This document shows, one piece after another, positions 56,526 to 64,000 of a stretch of 64,000 nt of DNA. The position numbers and the translations under genes were made by a program. The notes under the pieces were generated by a model, which was not told the DNA's origin, did not search any database, and worked only from the letters and a program-made list of their open reading frames with translations. The stretch lies in the sequence record OP729297.1, one strand, 5' to 3'. Position 1 is the first letter of the stretch, and each line of letters begins with the position of its first letter.

Positions 56526-57151
56526 TCTTCTTCACCCTCTTCTTCAATTTCAGTTTTGGTTTGAGGCAGGTTGCGTGTGAACTGAGTGTCCACCATCTGA
56601 GTGATGGAGCGCAGACAACCTTCATGCTCACCCTCAATCACATAACGATTAATCATTTTGTAGAAGACTTCAACATCTTCGTCCAAAGGTAAATTGCCTA
56701 CCTTACGCATAAGGTCACGCATGGACGAATCAATGCCGTCCAGCGTTTTGGATTCTAACGCCAAATCATAGAATCCCCAGAGAATAGGAATACGGTACGA
56801 GTACCATTCTTCTGGATCGAATCGAACATACACCGCAGAACTACCTGCTTCGTGTATTCTGTCCACAACGCGCTTGGCCAATTTAGCAGTGGCCATAAGA
56901 GTCTTGTCAAACTCATTGCCAAAAGTAGCGTAAGGTTTGAGGGCTGGTTCGCTTCTGAGTGTAGTCACAGACGGTACGAATATGATTCTGTGTGGCTCAG
57001 GTGCTACGTTCGGTTTGGGTGCGTTTTTCGCTTCACTCAAAATCGTTTCAATCACACGACGTTTGTTTTCATCGGTAGGGTCAGTGTGGTACGAGGTGAG
57101 TGCATCTTCTATCTCGTTCTCATCCATGAGAAATTGAATTGTGGTGTTCAT
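56522..57151 (-). CDS. Hypothetical protein
   Basis: 209-aa coupled ORF. Confidence 0.7.
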   Translation of the reverse strand: MNTTIQFLMDENEIEDALTSYHTDPTDENKRRVIETILSEAKNAPKPNVAPEPHRIIFVPSVTTLRSEPALKPYATFGNEFDKTLMATAKLAKRVVDRIHEAGSSAVYVRFDPEEWYSYRIPILWGFYDLALESKTLDGIDSSMRDLMRKVGNLPLDEDVEVFYKMINRYVIEGEHEGCLRSITQMVDTQFTRNLPQTKTEIEEEGEEE

Positions 57152-57504
57152 TACTTGAATCCTTTGTCTACAAGTTGATGAAGTGCCACAAAGTAATTCG
57201 GCACAGGACCTACTGCAACGCCGTTTTGGTTAAGCAAGCGAATCAGATCGCGCTTAGGCCACAGGTAGGGAAGATTATGCTTCACACCGCGAGGGCGCTT
57301 CAACTCCTGAAAGAACGAAAGCACCTTGATGCAGACCATAGTTCCGTTCTGCATATCGCGCTCAGTGAGATCGTGCAGAGCTTTGAGCACTTCGGCTTCA
57401 TGCTCCATAGCAGCGAGTTCACGATTCGCTTTAAGCAGCTTGAAGAAGTACGTTACCTGTGTGCATGTAAGCCAGAAGTAACGCGGCAGTTTTGTCAGTT
57501 TCAT
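57151..57504 (-). CDS. Hypothetical protein
   Basis: 117-aa coupled ORF. Confidence 0.65.
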   Translation of the reverse strand: MKLTKLPRYFWLTCTQVTYFFKLLKANRELAAMEHEAEVLKALHDLTERDMQNGTMVCIKVLSFFQELKRPRGVKHNLPYLWPKRDLIRLLNQNGVAVGPVPNYFVALHQLVDKGFK

Positions 57505-57818
57505 ACGCGGCGCTCCATAGTAGGCGCATCAATTGCAATTGCAGAGAAGCCATCGTCAGCAAAAACAACAACGCACGGATAGTCCATACGCTGTGCCTTG
57601 GCCGCTACTTCTTCATGCTTGTGTTTATTGAGCACAGCCAGCGAAGGACTGGAGTCACGGTACTCATGCAGGTGGTGAGTAAATGCCTCTGCGAATCCAG
57701 CACGATTCATAACGCAGTAGCTCTTATAGCCAACGCGTGTACATGCCTGACGTTTACGCATAGCATCAGCCACAGTAGGAAATTTGAATCCAATAGCTAC
57801 CCAAAGTTTACGCAGCAT
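57501..57818 (-). CDS. Hypothetical protein
   Basis: 105-aa coupled ORF. Confidence 0.65.
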   Translation of the reverse strand: MLRKLWVAIGFKFPTVADAMRKRQACTRVGYKSYCVMNRAGFAEAFTHHLHEYRDSSPSLAVLNKHKHEEVAAKAQRMDYPCVVVFADDGFSAIAIDAPTMERRV

Positions 57819-58018
57819 TATGTTGGCTCCCCTGAGTCTTCACGATCAGCACAGCAATTCTCACACAGGTCATCAAATTCACCGTACACCTCATCTTCTG
57901 CTAGAGGTGTACGGCAGTCTTCGCAACGTGAGTAAGGTTCGGCGCGTTCTTCGCTACGCTTACCTAAGCGTTCGAGGAACTGTTTGCGTTCTTCTTCGTT
58001 CACCACATCTCTCCCCAC
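57818..58018 (-). CDS. Small zinc-finger protein
   Basis: CEDC...CENCC in 66 aa. Confidence 0.6.
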   Translation of the reverse strand: MGRDVVNEEERKQFLERLGKRSEERAEPYSRCEDCRTPLAEDEVYGEFDDLCENCCADREDSGEPT

Positions 58019-58428
58019 AGTTCTTCTACTTCGCTGCGCACAACACGCACAACACGGAAATGAGTAGCAGACTCTGGCTTGTTGTACTTGAGATTAAGGC
58101 GATCAACCAGACCAGTAACTTCTTCTGGCGTTGCGATACCGCTACGAATAACTACCCAGTCGTTAGCAGTCTTAACGAACGCTTCGAGAGAATACGTCAC
58201 GTTCGGATCAACTACTGGCTGGACGTCAGGGTAGGTGCCTTTCTTCACTTCGATAGTCAGCGTCTGAACAACGTTCACTTCTACCGTGTAGTCGTTCTTA
58301 TGCAAGTCCATCCACTTCTGATATTCCTCTTCGGAGCGATACACATCAGTGAACGTGTTGCTTGGCTGATCTTTCTGCGTAACCTTAACGCGCCACTCAG
58401 TGGCAGACTGCAATACTTTAGTTTCCAT
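58000..58428 (-). CDS. Hypothetical protein
   Basis: 142 aa after GAGGT. Confidence 0.7.
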   Translation of the reverse strand: METKVLQSATEWRVKVTQKDQPSNTFTDVYRSEEEYQKWMDLHKNDYTVEVNVVQTLTIEVKKGTYPDVQPVVDPNVTYSLEAFVKTANDWVVIRSGIATPEEVTGLVDRLNLKYNKPESATHFRVVRVVRSEVEELWGEMW

Positions 58429-58430
58429 AG

Positions 58431-58694
58431 TTACCTCAGCTGGGAATCTTTTGAGCCACGACGATTGTAGCCGACGTTAGCAGTGCCATCGTGCGCTGCC
58501 TGACAGTTAACACAGTAACGCGCATTCGGCATAGCGAGCTTACGCATTACAGGAATCTTTTCACCGCAGTCAGGGTTGACGCAGTAGTCGGAACCTACGC
58601 CTTGAAGTTCTGAACGAGCGCGGTCAATCTCGTTCAGCACGTTTGTTTCGATGGTATCGTTCACGCCATCGTCTTTGACAAAACCTACTGCCAT
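58431..58694 (-). CDS. ybiI: DksA/TraR-family C4 zinc-finger protein (YbiI-like)
   Basis: MAVGFVKDDGVN, CVNPDC..IP..R...P.ARYCVNCQ; C-terminal GYNRRGSKDSQLR matches enterobacterial YbiI as recalled. Confidence 0.9.
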   Translation of the reverse strand: MAVGFVKDDGVNDTIETNVLNEIDRARSELQGVGSDYCVNPDCGEKIPVMRKLAMPNARYCVNCQAAHDGTANVGYNRRGSKDSQLR

Positions 58695-58695
58695 T

Positions 58696-59163
58696 TTATT
58701 TCTTTTCCTCGTAGCGATTAATTGTAGCGCCAAGCCCTGAACGTAGTTTACAGTGATTGGCCGCATCATAGGTTACGAACAAATCAACGCGATTACCATC
58801 TGCGTCTTTCACTTCGAGTCGCATAGGATCGCCATGTCTACGGCAATGCTCTTCGGTGTATGCAATACGCAGTGACTTCAATCGGGCCGCCGACAATTTG
58901 AATTGAGCGCGTAGATAATACATATCGTGACGCTCGCCACGTGACTGACAAAGTTGATCCCACGTCTTAGGCTCAACCAGACGACGCACACGATGTGGGC
59001 TACTGCGGCGCTTCAACGCGATAGCAGCCTGATAGTATTTCAGGTCTTTCAGCGTCTCCATACCTTCAAGGTGGATGCGCTCGCACACATCACCGTGATA
59101 CTCAGGATGATTGCGATCACGGAAATACTTGGTGCGGTGAGTTTCAGTAAACATGCGCGGCAT
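58696..59163 (-). CDS. Hypothetical protein
   Basis: 155-aa coupled ORF. Confidence 0.7.
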   Translation of the reverse strand: MPRMFTETHRTKYFRDRNHPEYHGDVCERIHLEGMETLKDLKYYQAAIALKRRSSPHRVRRLVEPKTWDQLCQSRGERHDMYYLRAQFKLSAARLKSLRIAYTEEHCRRHGDPMRLEVKDADGNRVDLFVTYDAANHCKLRSGLGATINRYEEKK

Positions 59164-59519
59164 CAGTCAATACTCCATGTGTTAGTTTTAGGTGGCTTGT
59201 GACCGAACTTCTTTTCGTACCAGACAGCGTGGCGCCGTTCGATCTTATCGAAGTTCAACGAACCAATAACAGTGCTGTTATCTAGTGGACCCATTGCAGC
59301 AAGCAGATAGCATTCATAGGACCACATACGAATATAGCACACACCACCTACGACACCGAAGATAATGCCAGTCCAGAACCACATGTCTTCGACAGCAGGA
59401 GCGGAGCGACCGTGCATGACCAGGATAGCAATCAACATCGCACCGACAATGGCAAGACGTCTACGCCACACAATAAGCCCGTAATAGAAAGGGCTGTCAT
59501 AGTAATAGTTACGACGCAT
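59163..59519 (-). CDS. Two-TM membrane protein
   Basis: Two hydrophobic helices; start MRRNYYY after GGAG. Confidence 0.65.
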   Translation of the reverse strand: MRRNYYYDSPFYYGLIVWRRRLAIVGAMLIAILVMHGRSAPAVEDMWFWTGIIFGVVGGVCYIRMWSYECYLLAAMGPLDNSTVIGSLNFDKIERRHAVWYEKKFGHKPPKTNTWSID

Positions 59520-59520
59520 G

Positions 59521-60138
59521 TTATTCTCCAAGCTCGGCCAGCGCTTCGGTAAGTTCAAACGCACTACTCGTAATAGTGAGGCCAGCAAACTTCTCAGGGA
59601 ACGGTCGACCCGCAGCAAGACGTTGCAGTTTGCGTACGGTTAACATGCCGTACAAACGATGCGTTTCTGGACCTGTGCATTCACGCACAATGTCAGCCAG
59701 AGCTTTCAGGTCATCTTGTGAAACGACGATGGTGGCCAGAGGCTCCGTGATAACCTCTGGGTGTTCTTCGAGAATATCCATCTCTTCCATGACGTCGAAC
59801 ATCACCATCTCAAGTTCTTTGATGGTGCCTTGCCAGTCTTTCAGCGCCAGATACAGGACGCGGAAGACGTGCGAGCGATCAAGCTCTGCATCAATGCGGT
59901 CAAGCACGGCCTCTTCATCTTCGCCGTCGATAACATCGTCATCCTCGTCTTCGTCAAACTCACCTTCCTGGTCGTACATGTCAAACACATCTTCATCGAG
60001 ATAGCCGATGAAAGAACCACGATTGGTTTGCTCAAGGACGTTAAGACCAAACTCGTCTTCGTCCGTGATAGGAATAGAGAGACCGTAGTTCTTTTCGAAC
60101 TCGATCAGAAAATCGTTTACTTCTTTTTGAGTAGCCAT
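59521..60138 (-). CDS. Acidic hypothetical protein
   Basis: 205 aa with D/E tract. Confidence 0.7.
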   Translation of the reverse strand: MATQKEVNDFLIEFEKNYGLSIPITDEDEFGLNVLEQTNRGSFIGYLDEDVFDMYDQEGEFDEDEDDDVIDGEDEEAVLDRIDAELDRSHVFRVLYLALKDWQGTIKELEMVMFDVMEEMDILEEHPEVITEPLATIVVSQDDLKALADIVRECTGPETHRLYGMLTVRKLQRLAAGRPFPEKFAGLTITSSAFELTEALAELGE

Positions 60139-60153
60139 TTTAGTTTTTCCTTA

Positions 60154-61653
60154 TTAGCACATGCCGCTGCCGAAATTGCAAGACGAACCACGCGAGTAAC
60201 TGCACGGAGAAGAATAGTTGCAGCTATCTGGGTAGCCTTGTGGCTCAGTCTTCTTCGCTTTCTTAACGCGAACAGGTTTGGCTTTCTTACCCTGTTCAAG
60301 TTTAAGCGCAGCACCGTTAGGTGCATCATGTTCGCCTTTTTGCTCGAACTCGAAGTCGAAACGCTTCGTCTTTTTAGTCTTCGCCTTCATTTCTGGCACA
60401 GGCTCTTTGCGTGACCAGTCGAAGTACAAGTTGCCGTCCATGTGGAATACCATCTCGGTATATTCTTCTTCGTCTTCGTTCGGTTCGTATGAAGACGCTT
60501 TCAGGTATGCGAAGCTATTACCCAAGTCAGTGCTGCGGTGCGTGAAGCAGGACGGACATGCGGTTGTAAACGTATCGCCAAGTCCACGCATAGTCTCTTC
60601 GGTCACATCGTCATAGAAGCTACCGTCGAAGATAGAGTTAAACAGCTTGATCAGCGCAGGCTCTTTAACTTTCGGAGGCGTATACTTGATGCTCTTATCA
60701 CGTGGTCGTTTTGCTTCACGCGCAGCCTGTACTGCCAGACCGTACTTACGCAGTTCTTTGTTGAGCTTCTTGTTGTTGTAATCAACACGGAACACAACGT
60801 CAATCCACTGGTTCTCTTTCATGAACTCGTTGGCCTGACGGAACTCCCACTCAATGTTATCAATGTTTTGTTCGTTGATAACGAAGTTGATGTGGAAACT
60901 CAGCTTGCGGCCTAACTGACGGCGGAAGCGAGCAAGGTCTTCGAGAGTCCACGTATAGTTGGCGCCCATGATCTTGTTTGCTTTCTCGCGGTCGAACGAG
61001 TGCATACTGATATTCAGATGCGACAGTTTGCTTTCCAACATCTCGTTGGTGTTCAGGTCGAGGAACGTCAGCAACTGATTAGGTTTCTCAAGGAACTGGC
61101 CGTTCGACGTCAGACCGACTTTATACATATGTGCTTTGGTCTGAATCTGGTCGATCGTTTCGAACAGGTACTTCATACGCAGCGTAGGTTCGCCGCCTGA
61201 GATTGATACGTGGTCAACGCGATGCCCGTGCGTCTTAATCGCAGCAATCAGTTTGTCTTGCCACTCTTTCTGAGGCGCCTTGTTTTCCATCTCCTTCTCA
61301 GGACAGAACGAACAATCGGCGTTGCAGGTCACAGGCAGAATAGCAGTGAAGTTACGCAGCACGTTAGGGATCTCGCGCTCTTTCTTTTTCTTCTTGCCGT
61401 ACTTACCAGCTTCCCACTTGTCGAGCATCTCACCCTGATTGCGCTTAATGAGCGACAAACATTCTTCTGGGTATTGCATGTGATGAACGCCAACACCTTC
61501 GATGTGAAGATCGTACATTTGACAGTCAAGCTCACGACCAACAATGATAGCACGTTTACCGTGATGCAATTGGGAATAATCAACGGTATCGACTTTTTCA
61601 ATATTAACCAGGTCGGTCAGACGGAAAGCGTGTTTAATCTTTTTCATATACAT
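60154..61653 (-). CDS. Radical SAM protein with Cys-rich C-terminal tail
   Basis: CNADCSFC (CxxxCxxC), SISGGEPT, LTSNG, NISMHS; tail SCNYSSPCSYSRGSSCNFGSGMC. Confidence 0.85.
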   Translation of the reverse strand: MYMKKIKHAFRLTDLVNIEKVDTVDYSQLHHGKRAIIVGRELDCQMYDLHIEGVGVHHMQYPEECLSLIKRNQGEMLDKWEAGKYGKKKKKEREIPNVLRNFTAILPVTCNADCSFCPEKEMENKAPQKEWQDKLIAAIKTHGHRVDHVSISGGEPTLRMKYLFETIDQIQTKAHMYKVGLTSNGQFLEKPNQLLTFLDLNTNEMLESKLSHLNISMHSFDREKANKIMGANYTWTLEDLARFRRQLGRKLSFHINFVINEQNIDNIEWEFRQANEFMKENQWIDVVFRVDYNNKKLNKELRKYGLAVQAAREAKRPRDKSIKYTPPKVKEPALIKLFNSIFDGSFYDDVTEETMRGLGDTFTTACPSCFTHRSTDLGNSFAYLKASSYEPNEDEEEYTEMVFHMDGNLYFDWSRKEPVPEMKAKTKKTKRFDFEFEQKGEHDAPNGAALKLEQGKKAKPVRVKKAKKTEPQGYPDSCNYSSPCSYSRGSSCNFGSGMC

Positions 61654-61674
61654 GTTCCTCAGATAAAATTCAGA

Positions 61675-62004
61675 TTAGTTGGAAGCAGTTTCAACGTAGG
61701 CAATAAATTCTGCGGACGGCTTTACGTTGTGGTGTTCGATCATGTGCTGGTAAGAATAAGACCAGAGCCAGTTGTCTTTGGTATATTCACCAAGCATCAT
61801 CATCTCACCGCAGTATGGACAGCAGGACATACCACGAATGCGTTCCAGCCTAGAACTTTCCTGAACTCTACGTAACAGAGGAAGGAAGGAATCACGATCA
61901 GCAAACGGCGTAGTCGATTCAGGCGGAATTTGCTCGGCACTGAAAAGAGTAAAAACGCGACCTTCGATTGTAGGTTGAGCAGCAGTTTTCTTTTTCATAT
62001 ACAT
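61675..62004 (-). CDS. Hypothetical protein with Cys/His motif
   Basis: CCPYC...WLWSYSYQHMIEHHNVKPSAEF; start MYMKK after GAGGA. Confidence 0.7.
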   Translation of the reverse strand: MYMKKKTAAQPTIEGRVFTLFSAEQIPPESTTPFADRDSFLPLLRRVQESSRLERIRGMSCCPYCGEMMMLGEYTKDNWLWSYSYQHMIEHHNVKPSAEFIAYVETASN

Positions 62005-62047
62005 GTCCTCATGTAAGTAGCTAAACGAGTGTCTAGCGTTCATCTCT

Positions 62048-62100
62048 ATTATATCACGAACGATATCTGCTTGTAAGACCTATTTCGTCCAGAATTGTGC
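62048..62100 (-). promoter_or_regulatory. Conserved phage promoter P9
   Basis: GCA CAATT CTGGAC GAAAT, 33-nt spacer, TATAAT preceded by TGA; inside the 3' end of the upstream gene; followed by hairpin GCTAGAC-ACTC-GTTTAGC. Confidence 0.8.
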
Positions 62101-62467
62101 TTAGTTGCTGTACCTTCTGTCCGTAGAAAGTCTGTCTAAGCGCTTCGAGCATCTCAGCAAGCTCCGACGTGTGCGGGTTCTTTTCTTCTTCTGACTGACG
62201 AGCAATCGCAAGCACTACCTTACCCCAGTGGTTGTACTTGTTCTTATTATCCTTGAAGTCATTGCGAGTTCGTTTGAGAAACTCACGCTCCAGATTCCTA
62301 CAAGAGGCAGGAGATATGTCTCGCCACACCTCTGTACCACTGCGATAGAACGAAGTGCCGTAGCGATTCGTCACCCAAGCACCTTCACGTCCATGAACAG
62401 AATACCACTTGCCTGTTGGAGATCTCACATAGCGCGATCCCCAGTGTGTCATGTACGTCTTCTCCAT
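62054..62467 (-). CDS. Hypothetical protein
   Basis: 137-aa ORF 2 nt after the kptA stop. Confidence 0.7.
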   Translation of the reverse strand: MEKTYMTHWGSRYVRSPTGKWYSVHGREGAWVTNRYGTSFYRSGTEVWRDISPASCRNLEREFLKRTRNDFKDNKNKYNHWGKVVLAIARQSEEEKNPHTSELAEMLEALRQTFYGQKVQQLSTILDEIGLTSRYRS

Positions 62468-62469
62468 AA

Positions 62470-63003
62470 CTACACCAGTCGAATATAACGGGACGGTACG
62501 TACTCGGTCAGGATGACTCCGTTCTCAGCACGGTAGAACTTATAGCCGTGAGTAATCATGGACAGCGTGTCGATCTGAAACACAACAGGTACGCCGTGAC
62601 GTTGACCAACACGTCGAGCAGTTTCGATATCGTTGCTCAAATGGACGTGCTTGCGTTTGCGCTTGAGGATGCCGTCATGTTGAATAGACGAGATGTTCTT
62701 TTCGGCCGTACCATGATATAACGGCGACCAGTCTGTCCACGCCTGCATGTTCAAAAGCACATGCTCAACCGAGTGACCCTGAACACAACGAATGCGCGAT
62801 TTGTTTTTGTTGAACTCGAAGCGGCCTTTGTTGTCTGCCTCCACTTCGGCTGTCAGTGATTCAAGAGTGACTGGTTTTACATAACGCGCCTTCTCAAGAA
62901 GTTCATGCACAGACACCCAACCCTGAGTGTCCATTGCGATGCCAATATCTTGTGGCTTATGACGCAAGATATACGTCAGGTAAACACCAAGTGATTTAGC
63001 CAT
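62470..63003 (-). CDS. kptA: RNA 2'-phosphotransferase (KptA/Tpt1)
   Basis: YILRH, DTQGWV, DNKGRF, IRCVQGHS, LYHGT, HVHLS, VGQRHG, NGVILT. Confidence 0.95.
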   Translation of the reverse strand: MAKSLGVYLTYILRHKPQDIGIAMDTQGWVSVHELLEKARYVKPVTLESLTAEVEADNKGRFEFNKNKSRIRCVQGHSVEHVLLNMQAWTDWSPLYHGTAEKNISSIQHDGILKRKRKHVHLSNDIETARRVGQRHGVPVVFQIDTLSMITHGYKFYRAENGVILTEYVPSRYIRLV

Positions 63004-63205
63004 TCTTTTCTTTTCCTTTCTTAACGCAGTAATCCCATGTGGCCGCGTCTAAGCACTTCACGCAGATAACGAGGCCAACGCCGAATACGATTGTGAGCAA
63101 CGTGCTCAACAAGAAGCTGTAGTGATTGAGTGCGACGGTGGAAGCAACCACTCCCACCACGCAGAAGATCACCAAAGCTGCCCAGGCGATCATCTTTCTA
63201 TTCAT
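62996..63205 (-). CDS. Small two-TM membrane protein
   Basis: Two hydrophobic helices. Confidence 0.6.
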   Translation of the reverse strand: MNRKMIAWAALVIFCVVGVVASTVALNHYSFLLSTLLTIVFGVGLVICVKCLDAATWDYCVKKGKEKNG

Positions 63206-63993
63206 TCATCTTCATCCAGTGCATCGTCGTTTGCCTGATAGTCAAACTGCGGGTCAAACTGACGAGTTTCAAAGTTAAAGCCAAGCGCTTCTGCAACAGC
63301 AACGAAACACACCCACGCGTTTACTTCTGACCAGCTCTTAACACCTTCAGGCATTTTAGCATCATCAGCAACAGCAACTGCCGCCGTTCGCCAGTCATGT
63401 TCAGTCAGGCGACCAATGCCGTCAACTGACGTAGGCTCTTTATGATCGAGCACACCTTTGAAGTGTGCCACCAGCTCTGCTTTCACATGAGGGCTGAGGC
63501 TACGCAGGAACATGAAGATGCGATGGGTGTCGCTTACACCAGATAACGGAATCGCTTTCTGTGCGGCCTTCACGTTCGGACTATGCCATTCTGCCACCAG
63601 CACCCAATGACTAAGTAACGTCATAGGCAGATCGTCATCGTCACGATTTCCAGTAGAGTCACTGAACCACATAGTGGATTCACTTCCTTCATAGGATTCT
63701 ACGAAGGTCATGCCGTCAGCACTGTTAGGGAACAGGCGACCGTAACGAACCTGTTCGTGTTCGTCGAGGCACAGATACATACCAGAGATATCTGGTGCGT
63801 AGTCAGTACCAGCGTGAGTCAAATCAATATTACGCAAACCGCAAATCCACTGATTGAGTGCTTTGATCACATCACCACGAGAGCTATCACCACCAAGCAT
63901 GTTTTTACGGCGCTCGTCGGCAAAGGTGCGTTTGATCATGATAGGGCTATTCAATTCAGGCAGACTGTATTGAATGATACCACACGCATTCAT
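63202..63993 (-). CDS. Hypothetical protein
   Basis: 263-aa ORF. Confidence 0.7.
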   Translation of the reverse strand: MNACGIIQYSLPELNSPIMIKRTFADERRKNMLGGDSSRGDVIKALNQWICGLRNIDLTHAGTDYAPDISGMYLCLDEHEQVRYGRLFPNSADGMTFVESYEGSESTMWFSDSTGNRDDDDLPMTLLSHWVLVAEWHSPNVKAAQKAIPLSGVSDTHRIFMFLRSLSPHVKAELVAHFKGVLDHKEPTSVDGIGRLTEHDWRTAAVAVADDAKMPEGVKSWSEVNAWVCFVAVAEALGFNFETRQFDPQFDYQANDDALDEDE

Positions 63994-64000
63994 GGCCAGA

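Noticed and set aside
60154-61653. Viperin-like or NrdG/QueE assignment for the radical SAM protein
   Set aside because: CNADCSFC differs from the viperin CNYxCxFC pattern, and there is no nrdD or queCD context
1-64000. Prophage or bacterial chromosome origin
   Set aside because: No integrase, repressor, rRNA or housekeeping operons; single-strand packed phage architecture throughout

Overview
A 64-kb segment of a large lytic myovirus (jumbo-phage-type). All credible genes lie on the minus strand and are tightly packed; plus-strand ORFs are antisense shadows. Gene content (T4-gp20-like portal, intein-containing TerL, DnaB, two-subunit type II topoisomerase, 5'-3' exonuclease, sigma-like protein, dUTPase, UvsE, KptA, radical SAM, DUF1611, CmoA) resembles, from memory and unverified, the Erwinia Y3 / Dickeya JA11-AD1 group. 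Layout: 0-8 kb nucleotide-modification and repair genes; 8-25 kb packaging and replication; 25-39 kb highly charged low-complexity proteins sharing a repeated ~45-aa helical module; 39-64 kb small accessory genes. Most notable: (1) an operon of CmoA carboxy-SAM synthase, a DgcN/DUF1611 acetyltransferase-like protein, a glutaminase-less asparagine-synthetase-like amide ligase and a degenerate racemase-like protein, a candidate pathway for an undescribed hypermodified DNA base; (2) nine copies of a promoter GCA-N5-CTGGAC-RAAAT-N28/29-TAYAAT (extended -10 TGn in all), mostly followed by a 5' stem-loop; (3) a polyacidic/polybasic protein set with a shared module, plus Lys-rich tags on replication enzymes. 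No tRNA, rRNA or CRISPR array was found. Several starts are trimmed from the ORF track to the likelier ATG/GTG. All homology calls come from recognising motifs by eye.
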